DNA of 20,000 nt from Amoeboaphelidium occidentale. Lineage: Eukaryota. The stretch's first letter is position 1, and each line of letters opens with the position of its first letter. A program made the translations under genes and the position numbers. The DNA is taken from contig JALGPX010000045.1 of NCBI GenBank assembly GCA_023515795.1, positions 58,633-78,632 on the forward strand. Direction: 5' to 3'. The notes beneath the pieces are model-generated. The model saw only the letters and a list, made by a program, of their open reading frames with translations, was not told where the DNA came from and searched no databases. Positions 18,601-20,000 of the stretch are shown piece by piece.

Positions 18601-19452
18601 GTTGCTTCCTTTATTCTAGCTGTGAGCGCATTTGCTATTTCTTGTTACAAGTACAAAATTTCAAATATTTCTTCAACTGTGTTATCAAGCACTGGGTTCG
18701 ACTCTAGTGTAACTGCTACAGCTACAGACCTTCAAACAGTGATTAATACGGTTGTGGGAATATCGAAGCATGCATCATATATTATTCCGCATGGAGCGCT
18801 TGCAACGGTAAGGAAGTTGGCATCCGGAGGAGGCGGCGAACTCTTCATCTCGAGAGTTATGGACCAAAGATTTATCAACGTACCGAACGGGCTTGTTATT
18901 CAAAAGATCGTCTTCACAAGCACGAAACCAGTTGAAGAGTCATTCTTTCAAGAGGTTGGAATTATGATTATGTTGAAGGACTTTCCTCAATTCTGTCAAA
19001 TACTCGGATACACAGAAAAGCCATTATCAATTGTTATGAAATACTATCCAAATGGCTCATTGTATGAATGGTTACGGAAAAACAAATACAATAACCACAT
19101 CATGGTCAAAGTATTGCGAGAAATATCTTCAGCTTTGAACACAATGCATTCATACTACTTAGCGCACTGTGATATAAAAACACAGAACGTCTTGGTGGAA
19201 GTTGTAAAGGGAATCCCACACTGCTACTTGACTGATTTTGGAATTACTAGAATTCTCTCTGATAGAATCTTGGCATCACAACTTTTTAATGTAATTAACT
19301 TAAGAGGGCTTTCCACTCAGTATGCGTCACCAGAAGCATTTGAGAATTTCCAAACAAAATCATATGGTAACACTGATTTTAAGAAATACGATATTTATTC
19401 ATTTGCATGCGCTATATACGAGCTTCTTAGAAAGAGAAGTCCGTGGGCATGA
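15681..19452 (+). CDS. WD40-ectodomain single-pass receptor-like protein kinase (TKL-like, non-RD), ~1,211 aa; exons 15681-16155, 16192(or 16204)-16926, 16958-17197, 17230-17343, 17381-19452
   Basis: Signal peptide [16 protein letters not shown] (start could be 15681, 15696 or 15714); many GH...SGS.D...WD repeats; S/T/basic stalk; [24 protein letters not shown] (~18583-18648); kinase [39 protein letters not shown]. Four short introns join the five track ORFs in frame. Confidence 0.88.
16156..16191 (+). other. Intron 1 of the WD40 kinase (36 nt, AAG acceptor; alternative TAG acceptor at 16203 gives 48 nt)
   Basis: GTAAGT donor, ACTAAT branch motif at 16178-16183; both acceptors keep the frame. 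Confidence 0.7.
16927..16957 (+). other. Intron 2 of the WD40 kinase (31 nt)
   Basis: GTTAGA...TTTTAG; splicing yields the WD40 motif LKGHAGSV. Confidence 0.9.
17198..17229 (+). other. Intron 3 of the WD40 kinase (32 nt, AAG acceptor)
   Basis: GTAAGT...TTTCAAG; joins TYF to [11 protein letters not shown] in frame. Confidence 0.8.
17344..17380 (+). other. Intron 4 of the WD40 kinase (37 nt)
   Basis: GTATCG...TTGTAG; joins LVNLQ to ISAPCFAIL in frame with the final exon. Confidence 0.8.
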
Positions 19453-19453
19453 T

Positions 19454-19459
19454 AATAAA
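19454..19459 (+). terminator. Putative polyadenylation signal AATAAA after the kinase stop
   Basis: TGA TAA TAA AA: three tandem stops with an embedded AATAAA. Confidence 0.45.
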
Positions 19460-20000
19460 AGGGCAAAAGAAGGTGTAAAATCTCCTTTACAAGATTTTGT
19501 CTGGTAATATTTCTCAACTTGTCTCTGCATATTATAATAAGTACCGTCCAATCTTTTGGGCATTTATTCGGAAATGCATTTTGTTACAGAATCCATCCCA
19601 TCTTGTTCTTGTGCAGGCGTTCAAATAATCAAAATTTTCTTATTAGCACTATCACTATCCCCATTATCGGGAGAGATTAGAACATGCGAAAGGTCTTAAA
19701 GTTGACCTCTGATAAAATGTTTAATTGTCTGGTAAACTTTTTCACGTTGCCCTTCAAAAAGCACAGCAGTCGTAACATCATGATTATTGATTGAATCATT
19801 TATTAGGGTTAGGGGCGTAAGGTTGTTTATTGAATAAATATGCTTGTACATAGGTAACAATTCCAACAGGCTGCGAACACAGAAACCAGATGTTTGATCT
19901 GGCCACTATATCGGGCCTGGAGTAAAAAAACTTAAATTGTCCGAGTGAAAAACTTCTTGTAACAACCATTAAACATCTCCAGCTTCACCTCAGTACCCGT

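Noticed and set aside
1..20000. Alternative genetic code (TAA/TAG read as Gln, as in Amoeboaphelidium protococcarum)
   Set aside because: Multi-kilobase ORFs contain no internal TAR; ORF-breaking TAA/TAG codons fall inside predicted introns; NDUFV2 ends at TAA at its canonical C-terminus.
1..20000. CRISPR array, tRNA, rRNA or prokaryotic operon
   Set aside because: No regularly spaced repeats or RNA-gene signatures seen; the genes are eukaryotic with spliceosomal introns.

Overview
Gene-dense, AT-rich eukaryotic nuclear DNA in the standard genetic code, with very short GT-AG introns (31-51 nt) and intergenic spacers of 39-120 nt. The style fits an early-diverging fungus or aphelid-like holomycotan (inference). 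After joining ORFs across introns there are six genes: (1) a ~1,895-aa helical/TPR-like protein with a degenerate separase/CHAT-like C-terminus; (2) a DTW-domain tRNA acp3U transferase (DTWD2); (3) a BRPF1/Nto1-type PHD-bromodomain-PWWP HAT scaffold; (4) a PXA-RGS-PX-Nexin_C sorting nexin; (5) the complex I 24-kDa subunit NDUFV2 on the minus strand; (6) a five-exon, ~1,210-aa receptor-like kinase with signal peptide, ~21 extracellular WD40 repeats, one TM helix and a non-RD (HCD) kinase that ends just after subdomain IX. The 'empty' gap at 14054-14761, not explained by the ORF track, holds a stop-interrupted minus-strand frame resembling the C-terminus of a TnpB/Fanzor nuclease. An 84-nt multi-stem inverted repeat, a candidate omegaRNA scaffold, follows it immediately and overlaps the stop codon of the sorting nexin gene.
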